Shown: positions 1 through 10,078, counted from the first letter of the stretch. The stretch: 64,000 nt of DNA from an uncultured delta proteobacterium (GCA_963753975.1 CAVWEH010000001.1:288001-352000); one strand, 5' to 3'. The notes: a model not told the origin generated them from the sequence alone. Made by a program: numbers and translations.

Positions 1-194
1 CGGCGGTGATTTTTAACGCTATCATCATTCCGCTCTTGATTCCCCTGGCGCTGCGCGGCGTTCATTACAATCTTTCCAGTGTTTCGGCGTTACTGCGCCG
101 TAATCTCCTTATTTACGGACTGGGCGGGTTGCTACTGCCTTTTGCCGGCATAAAACTTATTGACATTTTCCTGTCTGCATTGAAGGTACTATAA
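1..194 (+). CDS. kdpB: K+-transporting ATPase subunit B, C-terminal fragment (runs off window start)
   Basis: [18 protein letters not shown]...[22 protein letters not shown] is the typical KdpB C-terminus; directly precedes kdpC. Confidence 0.93.
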   Translation, partial: AVIFNAIIIPLLIPLALRGVHYNLSSVSALLRRNLLIYGLGGLLLPFAGIKLIDIFLSALKVL

Positions 195-205
195 AGGAGG
201 ATTCT

Positions 206-784
206 ATGTTGCCAATGAAACGTTCTCTTCTGGTATTTGCCGGATTAACACTTATTTGCGGCTTGATTTATCCACTGATTATTACCGGAATATCGCAAAT
301 AGTATTCTTTCCGGAATCAAACGCCAGTGTCATTAAAAAGGGCAATATAATTATCGGGTCGCAACAGATAGGACAGCTCTTTAGCGACCCCAAATACTTT
401 CATGGCCGTCCATCCGCTTCCGATCCTCCGTATGATGCGAGCAATTCCGGCGGCAGTAATCTGGCGCCCTCCAGTGCCAAGCTCTTGGGGCAAGTCCAGA
501 CGCGTATTGAGCAGGTTCGCCGTGAAAATAAATTGCCGGCGGATACACCGATTCCCGCCGATCTGGTTTTAGCATCGGGGAGCGGTCTTGATCCTCATAT
601 AAGCGTGGATGCGGCGCTGCTTCAGGCTCCCCGCATTGCCCGGGAAAGAAAAATAACGGTGGCGGATGTGGAAAAAATGATTCGTGAGAACACGCAGCAT
701 CCTTTTTGGGGAATTTGGGGAAAAGAGAGGGTGCATGTGCTGAATCTGAACATAGCGCTCGATAATTTTAAGACTAAGCAGTAA
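206..784 (+). CDS. kdpC: K+-transporting ATPase subunit C
   Basis: N-terminal TM helix; YFHGRPSA, SGGSNLAP, ASGSGLDPHIS, VLNLNIALD motifs. Confidence 0.96.
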   Translation: MLPMKRSLLVFAGLTLICGLIYPLIITGISQIVFFPESNASVIKKGNIIIGSQQIGQLFSDPKYFHGRPSASDPPYDASNSGGSNLAPSSAKLLGQVQTRIEQVRRENKLPADTPIPADLVLASGSGLDPHISVDAALLQAPRIARERKITVADVEKMIRENTQHPFWGIWGKERVHVLNLNIALDNFKTKQ

Positions 785-812
785 TCTGTTTAATCGCTAA
801 AAGGCAACCGGT

Positions 813-2840
813 ATGAAAGAAAAAAAAATAAGACCTGATCCCGATGCCCTTTTAAGAGAAGTCGAAAAAGAAGATGTCCGGAAGGGAAGATTAAAAATAT
901 TTCTCGGCTACGCTCCGGGTGTCGGTAAAACCTATGCGATGCTCAATGATGCCCACGTGTTGAAGAAACGCGGTATAGATGTCGTAGTTGGTTTCGTCGA
1001 AACACATCAGCGTGCCGAAACGGAAGCGCTTGTTGCCGATCTGGAAACGATACCCCGGAAGGTGACTGATTACAAGGGTATTTCTATCCACGAAATGGAT
1101 CTGGATGCCGTTCTCACGCGTCGTCCCGCCGTTGTTCTGGTAGACGAACTTGCCCATACCAATGTTGAGGGCAGCCGCCATCCGAAGCGTTATCAGGATA
1201 TTGAAGAATTACTGGAAAGAGGGATAGATGTGCACACGACGGTCAATATCCAGCACTTTGAGAGCATGAATGATGCCGTCGCCAAGATCACCGGCGTTCG
1301 CATGCTGGAAACATTGCCGGACACATTTTTTGACCGTGCCGACGAGGTACAGGTGATCGACATTCCTTGGGAAGAGTTAACGCAAAGGTTAAAAGAGGGC
1401 AAGGTTTATATCCCCCAGCAGGCTCTCCATGCCATTGATAACTTTTTCCAACGGGGCAATTTATTCGCTCTGCGCGAACTCATGCTAACTCTCGTAGCTC
1501 GCAAGATGGACAGCGAGCTGATCAACTATATGAGGGCGAAAGCGATTCCCGGTCCCTGGCCTACTGCGGAAAAACTCGTCGTCTGTATCGCCGCCAGTCC
1601 CTATGCCAAACAATTGATACGCAAAGCCTATTCGATCGCTAAAGATACGCACGCCGAATGGTACGCAGTCTATGTTTTGCCCAGTGGTCTTACCGAGCCT
1701 TCGGGCAAGGCAAAAGTTTATTTAACGGAGGCGCTGAATCTTGCGGAAGAACTGGGAGCAAAAATCATAACGCTTTCCGGCGATGATATTGCCGATGAAA
1801 TTATTCGTTTTGCCCGGGAGAACAATATTACACAGATCGTGATCGGTAAGCCTCTGCGGTCGGCGCTTATTGAATTTTTTAAAAGGTCGCCTGTCTCCCG
1901 CCTTCTTTATGCTTCAAGTGATTTTGAACTTCATCTCATTACTCCGACAGTGGGGAAAAAAGAAAAAGAACCCAGCGCCCCTCGTCGGCAAATGGCATTT
2001 AAGTTCTCCAATTACTTAATGACGCTGGTCATGATTGCCATTATCACTCTCATTAACACCGTTCTTCAGAACTTTGTTGATCCGTCTTCATTGGTTTATA
2101 TCTATTTAATTGCCACAATTGTCAGTGCATTGTTGTTTGGCGTATGGCCGTCAATATTCACTTCGATCATCAGTCTTTTAACTTACGATTTTTTCTTTAC
2201 CGAGCCCAGATACAGCTTTTCGATGAATGACCCCAAAGAAATAATCAACCTGCTGGTTTTTCTTTTTACCGCAATTATTGTCGGGCAGTTGGTCAAAGTC
2301 GTAAAAAAACAGAATGTCGCCTTGCAACTAAGGCTGGAGAGGGTTGTCCTGGTCGAAGAGATGAGTAAGGAATTCTTGATCCTCCCTCCTCTCGAACAGC
2401 TGGTGGAAGGACTCGCTACGTTTTCTCAGGAGACAATGAGCACCCTGGCCTTCCTCAAGACGACAATTCTTAATGACATAAGCAATCTGACCATCAAGTA
2501 TGTTCAGAAAGTTATCAACGTTCCGTGTTTTGTTCTGTTCAGGGCAAAGTCAGGCGACCTCCAGCTATGGTCAAGAAGCAGTCCGGATTTGGAAATTAAT
2601 CAAAATGATATGGCCGTTGCCCATTGGTCGTTTTCTCACGGGGAAATTTCCGGTGCCGGAACGGAGACTCTGCCGAGTATCTCTTATTGTTTCCTGCCGA
2701 TTAAATCCCAGGAGGAGACGATCGGTGTAGTCGGCATAAAATATGAGTTTAAGAACCTGCTCCCGGAACAGCGCCGCATTCTGGGAACCATATCCAATTT
2801 GACATCCCTTGTTGCCTCCCGGTGGATACGGATCGGATAA
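813..2840 (+). CDS. kdpD: KdpD sensor protein (KdpD domain, Usp, 4 TM, GAF-like); no histidine kinase domain
   Basis: GRLKIFLGYAPGVGKTYAML, VDELAHTN, KRYQDIEELL; ORF ends after GAF-like region without H-box or ATPase motifs. Confidence 0.9.
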   Translation: MKEKKIRPDPDALLREVEKEDVRKGRLKIFLGYAPGVGKTYAMLNDAHVLKKRGIDVVVGFVETHQRAETEALVADLETIPRKVTDYKGISIHEMDLDAVLTRRPAVVLVDELAHTNVEGSRHPKRYQDIEELLERGIDVHTTVNIQHFESMNDAVAKITGVRMLETLPDTFFDRADEVQVIDIPWEELTQRLKEGKVYIPQQALHAIDNFFQRGNLFALRELMLTLVARKMDSELINYMRAKAIPGPWPTAEKLVVCIAASPYAKQLIRKAYSIAKDTHAEWYAVYVLPSGLTEPSGKAKVYLTEALNLAEELGAKIITLSGDDIADEIIRFARENNITQIVIGKPLRSALIEFFKRSPVSRLLYASSDFELHLITPTVGKKEKEPSAPRRQMAFKFSNYLMTLVMIAIITLINTVLQNFVDPSSLVYIYLIATIVSALLFGVWPSIFTSIISLLTYDFFFTEPRYSFSMNDPKEIINLLVFLFTAIIVGQLVKVVKKQNVALQLRLERVVLVEEMSKEFLILPPLEQLVEGLATFSQETMSTLAFLKTTILNDISNLTIKYVQKVINVPCFVLFRAKSGDLQLWSRSSPDLEINQNDMAVAHWSFSHGEISGAGTETLPSISYCFLPIKSQEETIGVVGIKYEFKNLLPEQRRILGTISNLTSLVASRWIRIG

Positions 2841-2908
2841 ATTTCTCTAATAAATTATTTTCCGTGCGGCAATATATCACGAAGAGTTATTTCATCAGTG
2901 GCGTAAAG

Positions 2909-3064
2909 GAGTCTCATCCCGCTGGCCTCGGCCACGGGATCAATTCGGCCAACAAATTTCAGCGCACTTCCACCGCTTTGCGGGATAGTTCGTCTAACAG
3001 ATTTCAGTGCGCTTCGCTTCTAAAATCTGGGACTCACTACGTTTTGGAGATTTGAGTCTCATTA
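2909..3064 (-). repeat. Nested GA-mismatch hairpin repeat (outer unit plus inner unit starting at 3039)
   Basis: Reverse complement is near-identical to 10148-10306 apart from two ~20 bp insertions present there. Confidence 0.9.
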
Positions 3065-4260
3065 ACAAAACAGCGGGGGTCTTCCGCCAGGTAGTCTCCA
3101 CTGTAAGCTAAAGCGCGACCGCGGCAGCCGCCGCAAACAGTTTTGTAATTGCATTCGCCGCAGGCACCTTTGAGTTTATCTTCCCGCCGCCGCAAATTTT
3201 GGAATACCGGCGCATCCTTATATATTTCACGGAAACTTTTATTTCTGATGTTTCCCGCATTGACCTCCACAAAGGGACAGGGCCAGACATCGCCGTTAGC
3301 TTTGATGTAAACAAAACCTCTGCCTGCGGCGCAGCCGTGAAAAACTTTACCCGCCAGTTTTAACAGCGAACCGTTCCGAACGCCGTTTTTTTCCAGAATA
3401 TAGGGCCAATATTGCGGTCCGGCAACCGGCTCGATAATGGTTCTAGCGATTTTTTGTTTAGCGGCAATAAGTTCGCTTAAATATTTATTCGCGCTTTTCT
3501 TTAAAGTGGCTTTTTCTATCTTTTCTCCCCGGCCGACGGCGACCAACTGATACATCAGCATGATGCCGGCGCCGCAGCTGTCGGCAAAATCAATGAGCTC
3601 GGGTAAGTGCGGCATATTGTATTCCATCGCCGTTGTATTGATCTGCAAAAGGATCCCCGCTTTTTTTGTGGCCTCAATTGCTCTGAGCGCCTGATCAAAA
3701 GCGCCGGGCTTGTTCCTTACCAAATCATGAATTTCGGGATTGGCGGCGTCAATGCTGATGGCGTTGCAAACAACGCCATGATCCTTCAACTTAAAAGCCA
3801 TTTCTTCGTCAATTAGTGTGCCGTTGGTGGCAATAATATTGGCCAGACCGGCTTGCTGGGAATGCTTAAGTAAAGTGAAAATATCCGGTCGTACCAGCGG
3901 TTCACCGCCGGTAAAGATCAATGTTCTGAATTCGCTGATTGCGGCCAGCATATCAATGAGTTTTTTTCCTTCATCGGTGGTAAGTTCATTCGCGGCAGTC
4001 TTGCCGCTTATCGCATGACAATGAATACATCTTAAATTACAGGCGCCAGTCACCTCCCAGGCCGGATGTCCCGGGTAACCGATGCAGCCCATGCCTAAGG
4101 AACCGTTGGCTGCGGGTATGGAGGGGAAACCGTGCCGGAAAAGCCATCCCGGAAAATGCCGCCAGCGATTTAAGTATCCCATGAGTAAAACGCTGCCCAT
4201 TTGTCTTACCAAAAGGGAAGGGGGATTATAAAACCGTTTCGTTTTCTTTTTTGATTGCAT
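3037..4260 (-). CDS. Radical SAM/SPASM domain protein (AhbC/AhbD/NirJ-like)
   Basis: CNLRCIHC motif, FTGGEPL, C-terminal GCAAG..PCPF..CGEC...CGGCR..A...DPRC SPASM cysteines. Confidence 0.88.
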   Translation of the reverse strand: MQSKKKTKRFYNPPSLLVRQMGSVLLMGYLNRWRHFPGWLFRHGFPSIPAANGSLGMGCIGYPGHPAWEVTGACNLRCIHCHAISGKTAANELTTDEGKKLIDMLAAISEFRTLIFTGGEPLVRPDIFTLLKHSQQAGLANIIATNGTLIDEEMAFKLKDHGVVCNAISIDAANPEIHDLVRNKPGAFDQALRAIEATKKAGILLQINTTAMEYNMPHLPELIDFADSCGAGIMLMYQLVAVGRGEKIEKATLKKSANKYLSELIAAKQKIARTIIEPVAGPQYWPYILEKNGVRNGSLLKLAGKVFHGCAAGRGFVYIKANGDVWPCPFVEVNAGNIRNKSFREIYKDAPVFQNLRRREDKLKGACGECNYKTVCGGCRGRALAYSGDYLAEDPRCFVNETQISKT

Positions 4261-4269
4261 AATTAAAAT

Positions 4270-5190
4270 TTAAAGGTAGACCATGATGTAAGCAAGGGAT
4301 GTTCCTAAATTGACGGCAATGTTCAAGCCGCAGAGAATCTCCAATATTTTATGATTTTCATATTTTGCGCGCAGCATCATGATAATTATGAATAGGGAAA
4401 TAATCAGGAAGGGCAGATAAAAATAAATTGCCTGCAAAGGAATGCCCCATAACGGCGATAGGAGCATAGTCAGGGAAGTCAATAGGGAACAAATCACATA
4501 AAGTGCCATTCCTTTTTGCTTGCCGAGCCGATATAGTAAATTTTTTTTATCCGTTGCCTTGTCCGCTTCATAGTCGGGAAATTCATTGAGCAGGATTACA
4601 TTAAAAATCGAAAAGCCGATGGGTAGAGCCAGCCAATGAACTAAGGGGTGAATTGTGCCGGTCTGTATATAATAGGCCGAGGCGACGGGCAGCCAGCCGT
4701 AACAAAAACCGATAAAAATTTCGCCGAAGCCGCGCTGGACAAGGCGTATCGGCTTAGTCGAATAAAAGAAACCGGGAAAAGCTCCGAGGAAACCCAAGGC
4801 CAATGTATAGGGGCCGGTTTTTAAAACGAATTGCAGGATTATTCCGATAATTCCGGCAATGATCAGCGTGACGATGCTTGTCCAAAGGGGGACCAGCGGC
4901 GATATTTTCCCGGTTGGGAGCACACGTGCGCCGCCAGCAAACCGGTTTTTGTGTAAACGATTCGCTAGAATGTCTCCTTCATAATCGAAATATTCGCCGG
5001 AATGATAAGTGGAAAGCATAATCAAGATGACCCCGGAGACACCGAGAACAAAAATTTTAATACTAATGGCAGAATTAATTTTGTATGCGAGAAATGTTCC
5101 CAATATAAAGGGAAGGATGCCGACAGTGTGAAAAGGCGGCCGGGAGAGACCAATCCATGCCTTTATTTTTTCTATATTAGAATTTTGCAT
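4270..5190 (-). CDS. menA: UbiA-family prenyltransferase, MenA-like
   Basis: Multi-TM; EYFDYEGD and NEFPDYEADKATDKKNL aspartate-rich motifs; YSTKPIRL...GFGE. Confidence 0.75.
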   Translation of the reverse strand: MQNSNIEKIKAWIGLSRPPFHTVGILPFILGTFLAYKINSAISIKIFVLGVSGVILIMLSTYHSGEYFDYEGDILANRLHKNRFAGGARVLPTGKISPLVPLWTSIVTLIIAGIIGIILQFVLKTGPYTLALGFLGAFPGFFYSTKPIRLVQRGFGEIFIGFCYGWLPVASAYYIQTGTIHPLVHWLALPIGFSIFNVILLNEFPDYEADKATDKKNLLYRLGKQKGMALYVICSLLTSLTMLLSPLWGIPLQAIYFYLPFLIISLFIIIMMLRAKYENHKILEILCGLNIAVNLGTSLAYIMVYL

Positions 5191-5589
5191 AAAATACCTA
5201 AGTCAGTTGGGCGGTTTACTAACATAAAGGGTCTTTGTTGTCAAAGGGCTACGGTATTTTCTGACAGCAGTAAAATTGGCTGCACAAAGCCGTGGAGGGT
5301 AAATCACTTTTTTTCTTGCTTGTGCATTTTTTTTGTGCTAGGCGTAGCGGAAGTTTGCAGAAAGAATCCTTCCCGAATGAGTAACCACGCGGCTTGCGAA
5401 AAGATCAAGAATTTGCGAATTTGTCGGATGGGCGATGGATTCAGTGCTTACTTTGACGTTTAACTCCGTTTATTACCGGGGAAAATATAGGCTCAATAGC
5501 GGTTTAGTGCCGGAAGTTTAGCTATAGCCGCAAAAGGCGGTTGGTTATAATGTTATATATTTAATCTTAGGAAAGGGGGCATTTCAAGG

Positions 5590-5862
5590 ATGACAAAAGC
5601 AGATTTGGTCGATGTTATGGCAAAAGAAGCGGATATTACTAAAGCGGCGGCGGCAATGGCTCTGGACGCTTACGTTGACGCGGTCACGAAGGAACTGAAG
5701 AAGGGCGGTAAGATTGGCCTGGTAGGATTTGGAACATTCACCGTGGCAAAAAGGAAAGCAAGAGAAGGCAGGAATCCTCAAACCGGTAAAGCCATTAAGA
5801 TTCCGGCGAAGAAAGTTGTAAAATTCAAGGCCGGTAAAGAACTGGCCGATAAATGTAAATAA
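5590..5862 (+). CDS. hup: DNA-binding protein HU
   Basis: 90 aa; GFGTF..KRKAREGRNPQTG..IKIPA..VVKFKAGK. Confidence 0.95.
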   Translation: MTKADLVDVMAKEADITKAAAAMALDAYVDAVTKELKKGGKIGLVGFGTFTVAKRKAREGRNPQTGKAIKIPAKKVVKFKAGKELADKCK

Positions 5863-5885
5863 TAAATTATTAAGTCATTATTCAA

Positions 5886-5928
5886 CTGGGGCCTCCGCAT
5901 TATTCAGAGAAACAATCGGAGGCCTCAG
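5886..5928 (+). terminator. Hairpin after hup (possible terminator)
   Basis: CTGGGGCCTCCG...CGGAGGCCTCAG inverted repeat 24 nt after the stop; long loop, weak U-tract. Confidence 0.4.
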
Positions 5929-5968
5929 TGCATTTATCTTAGTTAATAAATCTGTAAGGAGTTTTGTT

Positions 5969-6958
5969 TTGGGACTCAAGAGAATTCTCAGCGGGATGAG
6001 GCCTACCGGAAAACTGCATTTAGGCCATATACACGGTGCATTGAGAAACTGGATTGAATTGCAGGAAAGCGGCAAGTATGATTGTTTTTATTTTGTCGCC
6101 GATTGGCATGCCGTTACCAGTGAATACACCTCTACGGAAGAAATCAAGGATAACATAACCAGCATGGTGATTGACTGGCTCAGCGTTGGTCTTGATCCTC
6201 AGAAAAGCACTCTCTTTGTGCAATCGGCGATTAAAGAACATGCCGAGCTCTTTCTTCTGCTTTCGATGATTACTCCTCTGGCCTGGCTCACGCGCAATCC
6301 TACCTATAAGGAAATGAAAGCCGAACTGGCCACTAAGGATTTATCCACTTTCGGCTTTTTGGGTTATCCCGTGCTGCAAGCCGCGGATATTATCATGTAT
6401 AAGGCTTATGGCGTTCCTGTCGGAGTTGATCAGTTACCCCACATAGAACTGACCCGCGAGATTGCCCGTCGTTTTAATTTTCTCTATAAGGAAATCCTTC
6501 CGATTCCGGAGCCTTTATTGACCAGCGTGCCCAAGCTTCTGGGTATTGACGGAAGAAAAATGAGTAAGTCGTATGAGAATTCAATTTATATCAGTGATCG
6601 CGGCAAAGAGTTACAGCAGAAGATTTCATCCATGTTCACTGATCCTCAGCGCATAAAAAAGGCCGATCCGGGGAATCCTGAAATATGCAACGTCTTTACT
6701 TTTCAGGGTTTGTACTCGGATGCGACAACGGTAAAACAAATCGACGTAGACTGCAGGAAAGCGGCCATCGGCTGCACCGATTGTAAGAAAGTGCTCGCGG
6801 GGCGTATTGCCGAGGCGATGCATCCCATTCATGAACGGATGGACTATTACATGAAGCATCCGGACGAAATTAACTCGGTTGTTGAAGAGGGCAACAAGAA
6901 GGCCACAAAGGTAGCGCGTCAAACAATGGAGGAAGTCCGCGCCGCGGTTAAGATCTGA
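5969..6958 (+). CDS. trpS: Tryptophan--tRNA ligase
   Basis: SGMRPTGKLHLGH (HIGH-like), YPVLQAADI, KMSKS; TTG start after AAGGAG. Confidence 0.97.
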   Translation: MGLKRILSGMRPTGKLHLGHIHGALRNWIELQESGKYDCFYFVADWHAVTSEYTSTEEIKDNITSMVIDWLSVGLDPQKSTLFVQSAIKEHAELFLLLSMITPLAWLTRNPTYKEMKAELATKDLSTFGFLGYPVLQAADIIMYKAYGVPVGVDQLPHIELTREIARRFNFLYKEILPIPEPLLTSVPKLLGIDGRKMSKSYENSIYISDRGKELQQKISSMFTDPQRIKKADPGNPEICNVFTFQGLYSDATTVKQIDVDCRKAAIGCTDCKKVLAGRIAEAMHPIHERMDYYMKHPDEINSVVEEGNKKATKVARQTMEEVRAAVKI

Positions 6959-6968
6959 CCCGGCTGCA

Positions 6969-7718
6969 ATGTTTATGAACGAAGAACAGACAACAGGTTA
7001 TGCCATCAAGCTTGATATTTTCGAAGGTCCTCTCGACCTGCTTCTGTATTTGATTAAGAAAAATGAAATTGATATCTACAATATCCCCGTAGCGTTGATT
7101 ACAGAGCAGTATCTGCAGTATCTCAAAATGATCAAATCTCTCAACCTGGATTTAGCCGGCGAATATCTGGTCATGGCCTCGACGCTCATTCATATAAAAT
7201 CCAAAATGCTTCTGCCTGAGCCTGCGGAGCCGGAGGAAGAAGAGGAAGAAGACCCTCGTGCCGAATTAGTGAGACAGCTTTTAGAATATCAGGCGTTTAA
7301 AGAAGCTGCGGCTAATTTGGGGGAAAGGCCGATTCTGGAAAGAGACGTGTTTACCCGCGCACCTTTTTTGCCGGAGGAAACCGAAAAAGCCGCGGCGGCT
7401 GAAGACGAACTTATTGAAGTAAGCATTTTTGAACTGATTGAAGCTTTTCACCGCATTGTCTCCCGCATCGATAAAAAAGAGCTGATGGAAATAGATCTGG
7501 AAAAGATGTCGCTTACTGATATAATTAACGAAATAATGGAACGGCTCTCTACTGAAAAAAACCTGACTTTTGATGAATTGCTCGGGGGAAAAAAAGCGCG
7601 CTGGCGCATCATTTACACTTTTTTAGCCCTGCTGGAATTGGTTAAACTCAGAATGGTGAAAGCTTATCAAACTTCTGCTTTCGGTGTAATCCGGATTTTT
7701 CCGGCTGTGGAGTCTTAA
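6969..7718 (+). CDS. scpA: Segregation and condensation protein A
   Basis: FEGPLDLLLYLI, DPRAELVRQLLEY, TFLALLEL. Confidence 0.96.
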   Translation: MFMNEEQTTGYAIKLDIFEGPLDLLLYLIKKNEIDIYNIPVALITEQYLQYLKMIKSLNLDLAGEYLVMASTLIHIKSKMLLPEPAEPEEEEEEDPRAELVRQLLEYQAFKEAAANLGERPILERDVFTRAPFLPEETEKAAAAEDELIEVSIFELIEAFHRIVSRIDKKELMEIDLEKMSLTDIINEIMERLSTEKNLTFDELLGGKKARWRIIYTFLALLELVKLRMVKAYQTSAFGVIRIFPAVES

Positions 7719-8273
7719 ATGGAAAATATTAAATCTGTAATTGAAGCTCTTATTCTAGCTTCCGACGCGCCGCTGGTGAGGGAAAAGATTTGTGCTGTTC
7801 TCCCGGAAACGGGAAAAGCGCTGATCGAAGAAGCTGTCGGTGAATTGATTGCCGAATATAAGGAGAGGCAGGGCGGGATTTATTTGCAGGAAGTTGCCGG
7901 CGGGCTGCAATTCCGGACAAGGCCGGAATTCGGTGATTGGATAAAAAAATTGAAAAACACAAAGCCGGCTTCGTTATCGGCCGCGGCCATGGAAACTCTG
8001 GCGATCGTTGCTTACCGACAGCCGATTGTCAAATCGGAAATTGAAAGTATCCGCGGTGTGGATGTGGGTTATCAGCTCAAGAATCTTCTGGAGAAGAAGC
8101 TTGTGCGCATTGTGGGGCGCAAGGATGTGCCGGGCAAGCCCATCATTTACGGAACGACAAAAAAGTTTCTGGAAGTATTCAACCTGAAAGATCTCGCGGA
8201 GCTGCCTACTTTACGGGAATTGAAAGAACTTCACGAGCAGCACGAGCCCGGCGAAGATTATTCCGGCACATGA
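7719..8273 (+). CDS. scpB: Segregation and condensation protein B
   Basis: LSAAAMETLAIVAYRQP, IESIRGV, PGKPIIYGTT..FL..F.L. Confidence 0.96.
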   Translation: MENIKSVIEALILASDAPLVREKICAVLPETGKALIEEAVGELIAEYKERQGGIYLQEVAGGLQFRTRPEFGDWIKKLKNTKPASLSAAAMETLAIVAYRQPIVKSEIESIRGVDVGYQLKNLLEKKLVRIVGRKDVPGKPIIYGTTKKFLEVFNLKDLAELPTLRELKELHEQHEPGEDYSGT

Positions 8274-9001
8274 AAGAGCGTTTACAAAAGATTATTTCCG
8301 CCGCCGGTGTCGCCTCGCGGCGCCACGCGGAAAAATTGATAACTGCCGGGCGAGTAAGTGTTGATGGCGTAGTAGTAAACGAGTTAGGGGTAAAAGCCGA
8401 CGCCACCAAAAACATTATTCGCATTGACGGCAAAATCATTTCTCTCGAAAAAACAAATTTATATATTGCTTTAAATAAACCGGCTGGATTCGTGACCACT
8501 ATGAGCGATCCGCAAAAGCGGCCGACTGTTGTGGATTTGCTGGGCTCTGTGCCGGAAAGGGTTTATCCGGTAGGCAGGCTTGATTACGATTCCGCAGGAC
8601 TTTTGCTTTTGACTAATGACGGCGATTTCGCGCAAAAAATTCAGCATCCCCGCTTTCAGATACCTAAAGTTTACCGGGTTAAGATTCAAGGACATTTGTC
8701 CAAAGAAGAATTAGTAAAGTTGAGCTACGGTGTCAAATTGCCGGACGGCATCTTTAAACCGGAAAATATCCAAAGGGAAAAAATCAATGACCGTAGTTGT
8801 TGGTTGCGGCTGACGCTGAAAGAGGGGAAAAATAGAATAATAAGAAGAGGTTTTGAAGCGAATTCTTATCGGGTAACACGTCTGGTGCGGGAAGCCGTAG
8901 GCGACATTAAACTGGGGAATCTGAAGGAAGGTTCCTGGCGGTACTTGACGAAAAAAGAAATAAACCGCCTGCTCGATTGCGCGCTAAATAAGAATAAATA
9001 A
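8270..9001 (+). CDS. rluB: rRNA pseudouridine synthase (RluB/RsuA family)
   Basis: ERLQKIIS..G..SRR S4 domain, NKPAG, PVGRLDYDS.GLLLLTNDG; usual scpAB neighbour. Confidence 0.9.
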   Translation: MKERLQKIISAAGVASRRHAEKLITAGRVSVDGVVVNELGVKADATKNIIRIDGKIISLEKTNLYIALNKPAGFVTTMSDPQKRPTVVDLLGSVPERVYPVGRLDYDSAGLLLLTNDGDFAQKIQHPRFQIPKVYRVKIQGHLSKEELVKLSYGVKLPDGIFKPENIQREKINDRSCWLRLTLKEGKNRIIRRGFEANSYRVTRLVREAVGDIKLGNLKEGSWRYLTKKEINRLLDCALNKNK

Positions 9002-9117
9002 AATTTTCTTGACATTCGCCATAAAATAAATAATAACCTTAAACACGTATAAGCGTCTAGAAATAAACATAATATCATCAGGCGACACAGGATTGTAAAC
9101 AGCTTTAAGGAGGCTCT

Positions 9118-9399
9118 ATGAACAAATCCGATCTAATCGAAACTTTGAGCACGAAGCTCAATTTGACCGAAAAGAAAGCAATTGACGTTGTCAATCTTGT
9201 TTTCAAAGGTTTTACCGATGAACTAAAAAAAGGCGGCCGTATTGAAATCAGAGGTTTTGGCAGTTTTGTAGTGAAAAAGTATGGCGCTTACACGGGAAGA
9301 AACCCTAAAACGGGCGCTAAAATTCAAGTTGAACCCAAGAAATTGCCCTTCTTTAAAGTGGGGAAAGAATTAAAAGATAGAGTTGACAGAAAGAAATAG
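9118..9399 (+). CDS. ihfB: Integration host factor beta subunit
   Basis: GGRIEIRGFGSF....GRNPKTG.....K..PFFK.GKELKDRV. Confidence 0.9.
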   Translation: MNKSDLIETLSTKLNLTEKKAIDVVNLVFKGFTDELKKGGRIEIRGFGSFVVKKYGAYTGRNPKTGAKIQVEPKKLPFFKVGKELKDRVDRKK

Positions 9400-9426
9400 C
9401 AATCCTTGCCTGCTTATATAAAATAA

Positions 9427-9456
9427 AAAAAGGGGACGTAAATAAAGTCCCCTTTT
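9427..9456. terminator. Bidirectional rho-independent terminator between convergent ihfB and sodB
   Basis: AAAAAGGGGAC-9 nt-GTCCCCTTTT. Confidence 0.8.
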
Positions 9457-9484
9457 AATCATTAATTGTCATCGTTCAATCAAA

Positions 9485-10078
9485 TTAGCCCAAGTTTCCG
9501 TTAACAAAATCCCAATTAATCAAATTTTGAATGACAGCAGAAAGATAATCCGGTCTTCTGTTTTGATAATCGAGGTAATAGGCATGTTCCCATACATCGA
9601 TAGTCAGGAGCGGTTTCTGGCCATGGGCAATGGGAGTATCAGCATTAGCTGTTTTTGTTATTTTTAATTGCTTTCCCTCCAAGACCAGCCAGGCCCAGCC
9701 ACTGCCAAATTGAGTGATTCCGGCGTTTTTCAGTTCTTCGGCAAATTTATCATAGGTTCCCCAAGTAGCGTTTATCTTGCCGCCAATTGTTCCGGTAGGT
9801 GTGCCCCCGCCTGATTTCTTCAGGCATTGCCAGTAGAAAGAATGATTCCAAACTTGAGCCGCATTGTTGAAGATGCCGGCCTTGGCCGGATCTTTGGCTG
9901 CGATCTTAATAATTTCTTCCAGTGGCTTTTCTTGAAGGTCGGTTCCGGCAATCAGCTTCACTAAGTTATCCACATAAGCTTTGTGATGCTTACCATAGTG
10001 GAAATCCAAAGTATTGGAGCTGATATAGGGCGCTAGCGCGTCTTTCCCGTAAGGCAGGTTTGGTAAATTTATAGCCAT
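9485..10078 (-). CDS. sodB: Fe superoxide dismutase
   Basis: HYGKHH, FNNAAQVWNH (Fe-type), FGSGWAWL, DVWEHAYY; start placed at the ATG after AGGAG. Confidence 0.95.
   Translation of the reverse strand: MAINLPNLPYGKDALAPYISSNTLDFHYGKHHKAYVDNLVKLIAGTDLQEKPLEEIIKIAAKDPAKAGIFNNAAQVWNHSFYWQCLKKSGGGTPTGTIGGKINATWGTYDKFAEELKNAGITQFGSGWAWLVLEGKQLKITKTANADTPIAHGQKPLLTIDVWEHAYYLDYQNRRPDYLSAVIQNLINWDFVNGNLG

Noticed and set aside
2822..3055. Short ORFs over repeat clusters (also 10376-10558, 20381-20575, 32379-32579, 40062-40295, 59307-59531)
   Set aside because: They are translations of repeat DNA with no RBS or protein motifs
5002..5463. 153 aa + strand ORF and the many other antisense/overlapping ORFs in the track
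   Set aside because: Shadow frames of well-supported genes with no recognisable motifs
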